From Alcaligenaceae bacterium (GTDB taxonomy: Bacteria; Pseudomonadota; Gammaproteobacteria; Burkholderiales; Burkholderiaceae_B): DNA of 64,000 bases. The stretch is taken from positions 19,445 to 83,444 of the forward strand of contig JAAZFX010000056.1 of the NCBI GenBank assembly GCA_012511555.1, given 5' to 3'. The notes under the pieces are model-generated. The model was given only the letters and a program-made list of their open reading frames with translations. It was not told the DNA's origin and searched no databases. Numbering within the stretch: position 1 is the first letter of the stretch; every line of letters starts with the position of its first letter. Positions 60,779-64,000 of the stretch are shown in pieces. The translations under genes were made by a program, and so were the position numbers.

Positions 60779-61715
60779 AAGACATTAGGCGCTCAAGACG
60801 GCGCTCTACTAATTCACTGGCCCCCAATCCTGAAACAGAACGTAAGGACTCAGACAAGGCTCGTCGCAAGTTTCTGTACATCATGGTTGAATCACGGTGA
60901 GCACCACCAACCGGCTCATCAATTACCTTATCGATTAAACCAAATTGCTCAAGCTTGGGGGCGGTAACAGCCAAAGCCTCAGCAGCAATTGGCGCTTTAT
61001 CGGCACTACGCCATAAAATTGACGCACAGCCCTCAGGTGAAATGACCGCATAAGTAGAGTACTGCAGCATCTGCACCACATCACCTACAGCAATAGCTAA
61101 GGCACCACCAGAACCACCTTCACCGATAATGGTGGCAATAATTGGTACCTTAAGTTCGGCCATGGTATAGAGATTTTGCCCGATCGCTTGCGACTGACCA
61201 CGCTCCTCTGCACCAATACCCGGATAAGCACCCGGGGTATCAATGAAAGTAAAAATAGGTAAGCCAAACTTCTCAGCTAAACGCATAAAACGCAGCGCCT
61301 TGCGGTAACCTTCGGGTCTCGGCATACCAAAATTGCGACGTGCTCGTTCCTTGGTATCACGACCTTTTTGATGACCTAAAACCACACAAGGTTCACCATT
61401 AAAACGCGCTAAACCACCAACAATTGATGGATCATCAGCATACATACGATCGCCATGTAACTCATGAAAATCCGTAAAAAGTGCATCAATATAATCCAAA
61501 GTATAAGGACGCTGAGGATGACGAGCCACTAAGGCAGTCTGCCAAGGACTTAACTTTTTATAAATAGACTCAGTTAAATCATCACTCTTTTGCTGAAGCT
61601 TAGTGATTTCTTCCGAAATATCTACAGCGGAGTCGCCGGACATATGACGTAATTGATCAATTTTTTGCTCCAATTCCTCGATTGGTTTTTCAAATTCCAG
61701 ATAGGTATTTTTCAT
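60753..61715 (-). CDS. accA: Acetyl-CoA carboxylase carboxyltransferase alpha subunit
   Basis: [27 protein letters not shown] and GEGGSGGA. Confidence 0.97.
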   Translation of the reverse strand: MKNTYLEFEKPIEELEQKIDQLRHMSGDSAVDISEEITKLQQKSDDLTESIYKKLSPWQTALVARHPQRPYTLDYIDALFTDFHELHGDRMYADDPSIVGGLARFNGEPCVVLGHQKGRDTKERARRNFGMPRPEGYRKALRFMRLAEKFGLPIFTFIDTPGAYPGIGAEERGQSQAIGQNLYTMAELKVPIIATIIGEGGSGGALAIAVGDVVQMLQYSTYAVISPEGCASILWRSADKAPIAAEALAVTAPKLEQFGLIDKVIDEPVGGAHRDSTMMYRNLRRALSESLRSVSGLGASELVERRLERLMSYGSFLEKA

Positions 61716-61762
61716 CTTTTTGCTTTAAACCTTTGTACTCTGTGTGAGTGATAACACGTTAA

Positions 61763-62398
61763 CTATACAATGCTGCCGTCAGCTAGACTGCGCCACATAT
61801 ACCAAGTTGCTACTGTCTGCCACGGTTCCCAATTATCAGCAAGCTCACGAATCTCATATCGTGACACCGGCTCACCACCAAAATAATGCATAGAGACAGC
61901 TTTAAGCAGTCTCGCATCCTCTAGGGGCAATACATTGGGACGATGTAGATTAAAAATTAAAAACATCTGCCCCGTCCAAGAGCCAATTCCTCGAATCTGA
62001 CACAGATCATTAATCACCTCTTGATCCGACATTTTAGACCATTTTGTAGGATTAACGGTTTTTGCTTCAAAATGTTTTGCAAGATCGACTAAATTTGTTG
62101 CCTTACGCTTGGCTATACCAATTTCTATCAGCTGCTCTATAGTCAGCGCAGAAATACATTGGACCGTAGGCCTTTTACCACAGAAACGAACTAAAGCTCG
62201 CCAAGTCTCACTAGCGCGTGCAGCAGAAGACTGCACTGAAATCAATGACCTCGCCAGCGTGGTAAAGGCTTCATGACTGCCAGTAGGGAAAAATTCTCCC
62301 TGGTACCTGGCAATAACCTTGTTGAGAATACGATCATTGGCTTGTAAATGCTCAACTGCCTCATCCCAATACGTCAACTTTGACCCTGGTTTAGCCAT
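61763..62398 (-). CDS. DNA-3-methyladenine glycosylase (AlkA/HhH-GPD family)
   Basis: HhH motif IRGIGSWT..MFL.F.L.RP.VLPLED and W.PW...ATWY.WRSL; ATG 62398 preferred. Confidence 0.88.
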   Translation of the reverse strand: MAKPGSKLTYWDEAVEHLQANDRILNKVIARYQGEFFPTGSHEAFTTLARSLISVQSSAARASETWRALVRFCGKRPTVQCISALTIEQLIEIGIAKRKATNLVDLAKHFEAKTVNPTKWSKMSDQEVINDLCQIRGIGSWTGQMFLIFNLHRPNVLPLEDARLLKAVSMHYFGGEPVSRYEIRELADNWEPWQTVATWYMWRSLADGSIV

Positions 62399-62399
62399 A

Positions 62400-63851
62400 C
62401 TATATCCTGCGCCACTGGGTTGAACCGCCTGCCACATCCTCTAGCTCAATACCTGCTTGTTTTAATTGATCACGAATCTGATCGGCCTGAACAAAGTCTT
62501 TGGCACTCTTAGCCTCTGCACGCTGGTTGATAAGTACTTCAATCTCATCTGAGCTTAAGTTTATAGTACTATCCTGCTCTTGACCTAAACGAGTATAACG
62601 AGAATAAGAACGCAAATACTCAGCCGGCTGCTGCTGCAAAATGCCTAACACATTACCAAGCGCTCGCATCTGTGAAATAAGAGCACGATCCTTTTCACGA
62701 TTAGCCTGATTAAGCATATCAAATAACACGGCAATGGCTACCGGCGTATTAAAGTCATCATTCATTGCCGCCTTAAAAGCTTGTGCATGATCGCTATCCC
62801 AATCAACCCCAACCTCATCAAAACCAATATTATTCAGTCCTTGATAAAAACGATCGACGGCCACCTGTGCGTCATTTAAATTGTTCGGTGCAAAGTTTTG
62901 CTGACTACGATAATGGTTCCGTACAATAAAGAAGCGCAGCATTTCGGCTTCTCGTACATGATAAGGGTAATCAGCTACCTCCTGATTCGTCTTATCAGTA
63001 CCTACCACCTGTCGAATGGTCATAAAGTTGCCAAGCGACTTTGACATTTTGTCATCGTCAACCATTAGTGGACCACAATGCATCCAAAGATTGGCTAAAG
63101 AACCACCATAAGCGCCTTCGGATTGGGCAATTTCATTTTCATGATGGGGGAACTTCAAGTCCGGACCACCTCCATGAATATCTAAAGGCATCCCAAGCAA
63201 ATCACGACTCATCGCCGAACACTCGATGTGCCAACCGGGACGACCCACACCATAAGGCGAGTCCCATTTGGAATCCTCAGGGTCTTCGGCTTTAGAAGCC
63301 TTCCACAAAACAAAATCCAAAGGATCTTCTTTGGCATCAGAAACAGCAATACGTTCACCTGCACGCATCTCATCCAAGCTGCGACCGGATAATTTGCCAT
63401 AGTCAGAAAAACCGCGAACGCGAAAATTCACATCGCCATCGCTGCCCTGATAAGCTAAGCCATTTTCTTCGAGAGCTTGAATAATTTCAACCATGCCCTG
63501 TACATGACGGGTAGCTCGTGGCTCATGGTCAGGAGACTGTACATTGAGCACACGCTCGTCAGCATGCATGGCATCAGTAAAGAAACTCGTAACTTGGTGC
63601 AAACGCTTTTGTGTCGCGACTGCACGACGAATAATCTTGTCATCGATATCTGTGACATTACGCACATAAGTCACCTCATAACCCAAACAACGCAACCAGC
63701 GCTGCACCACATCAAAGCTCACCAGCATACGCGCATGCCCCAAATGACAGAAGTCATAAACGGTCATACCACAAACATACATGCGGATTTTATTAGGTTC
63801 AACAGGCTTCAATTCATCTTTGCGACGGGTCAAAGAGTTATATATCAACAT
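62400..63851 (-). CDS. cysS: Cysteine--tRNA ligase
   Basis: [35 protein letters not shown] and KMSKS. Confidence 0.97.
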   Translation of the reverse strand: MLIYNSLTRRKDELKPVEPNKIRMYVCGMTVYDFCHLGHARMLVSFDVVQRWLRCLGYEVTYVRNVTDIDDKIIRRAVATQKRLHQVTSFFTDAMHADERVLNVQSPDHEPRATRHVQGMVEIIQALEENGLAYQGSDGDVNFRVRGFSDYGKLSGRSLDEMRAGERIAVSDAKEDPLDFVLWKASKAEDPEDSKWDSPYGVGRPGWHIECSAMSRDLLGMPLDIHGGGPDLKFPHHENEIAQSEGAYGGSLANLWMHCGPLMVDDDKMSKSLGNFMTIRQVVGTDKTNQEVADYPYHVREAEMLRFFIVRNHYRSQQNFAPNNLNDAQVAVDRFYQGLNNIGFDEVGVDWDSDHAQAFKAAMNDDFNTPVAIAVLFDMLNQANREKDRALISQMRALGNVLGILQQQPAEYLRSYSRYTRLGQEQDSTINLSSDEIEVLINQRAEAKSAKDFVQADQIRDQLKQAGIELEDVAGGSTQWRRI

Positions 63852-63941
63852 AAGTTATGAGAAATAAAGATACAATAGGAGGTTATTAATTAAGATCGTT
63901 AAGTATAGCAATCTAGCGCCAATTCTGTTGAGTATTGCCCG

Positions 63942-64000
63942 ATGAATAAGAGAAAGATTCAAATCCAATTTGCCTTTGCCCTAGCCTTAGGCTGTGCCAG
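63942..64000 (+). CDS. Probable 5' end of a secreted protein gene divergent from cysS (truncated)
   Basis: MNKRKIQIQFAFALALGCA... looks like a signal peptide and is open to the window end. Confidence 0.45.
   Translation, partial: MNKRKIQIQFAFALALGCA

Noticed and set aside
597-63860. Many short antisense or overlapping ORFs in the track (e.g. 597..1040, 17051..17518, 53293..53748, 63477..63860)
   Set aside because: They lie wholly or largely within well-supported genes and have no recognisable motifs, so they are shadow ORFs.
1-64000. CRISPR arrays, IS elements, prophage, REP-like repeat families
   Set aside because: I saw no regularly spaced repeats or mobile-element genes. The intergenic hairpins differ in sequence from each other and sit where terminators are expected.

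Overview
A gene-dense, moderately AT-rich chromosomal segment from a betaproteobacterium. Gene content and order point to Alcaligenaceae, possibly Oligella-like; this is inference. Most genes are core or housekeeping: hom, alaC, bcp, PIN-PhoH, dinB, pdxJ, xth, prmB, an ABC-F ATPase, trpF, etfBA, mltB, acpS-nagZ-uvrC-pgsA, orn, rsgA, rplS and cysS-alkA-accA-tilS. It also holds tRNA-Leu(TAG) and several transporters: an MCE/Mla-type ABC system, an RND tripartite pump, a COG2984-type ABC system, a TAXI-TRAP system, an orphan DctQM and an orphan LivJ-type binding protein. I see no integrase, transposase, prophage, CRISPR array or rRNA, and no clear-cut novel multi-gene system. The best leads are: a persulfide dioxygenase-YeiE-YeiH cluster that could be a sulfite make/sense/export module; a Bacillota-like TAXI/DUF1850 operon with a non-lipoprotein signal peptide; a YpfH-like hydrolase lacking catalytic residues; a helicase IV-like protein with a degenerate nuclease-like insert next to djlA; a DPYAxD repeat tail on DctM; a 48-aa lipoprotein missed by the ORF track, behind a perfect 18-bp palindrome; and structured leaders on rplS and tRNA-Leu. 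All family assignments are from motif recognition by eye; no searches were run.
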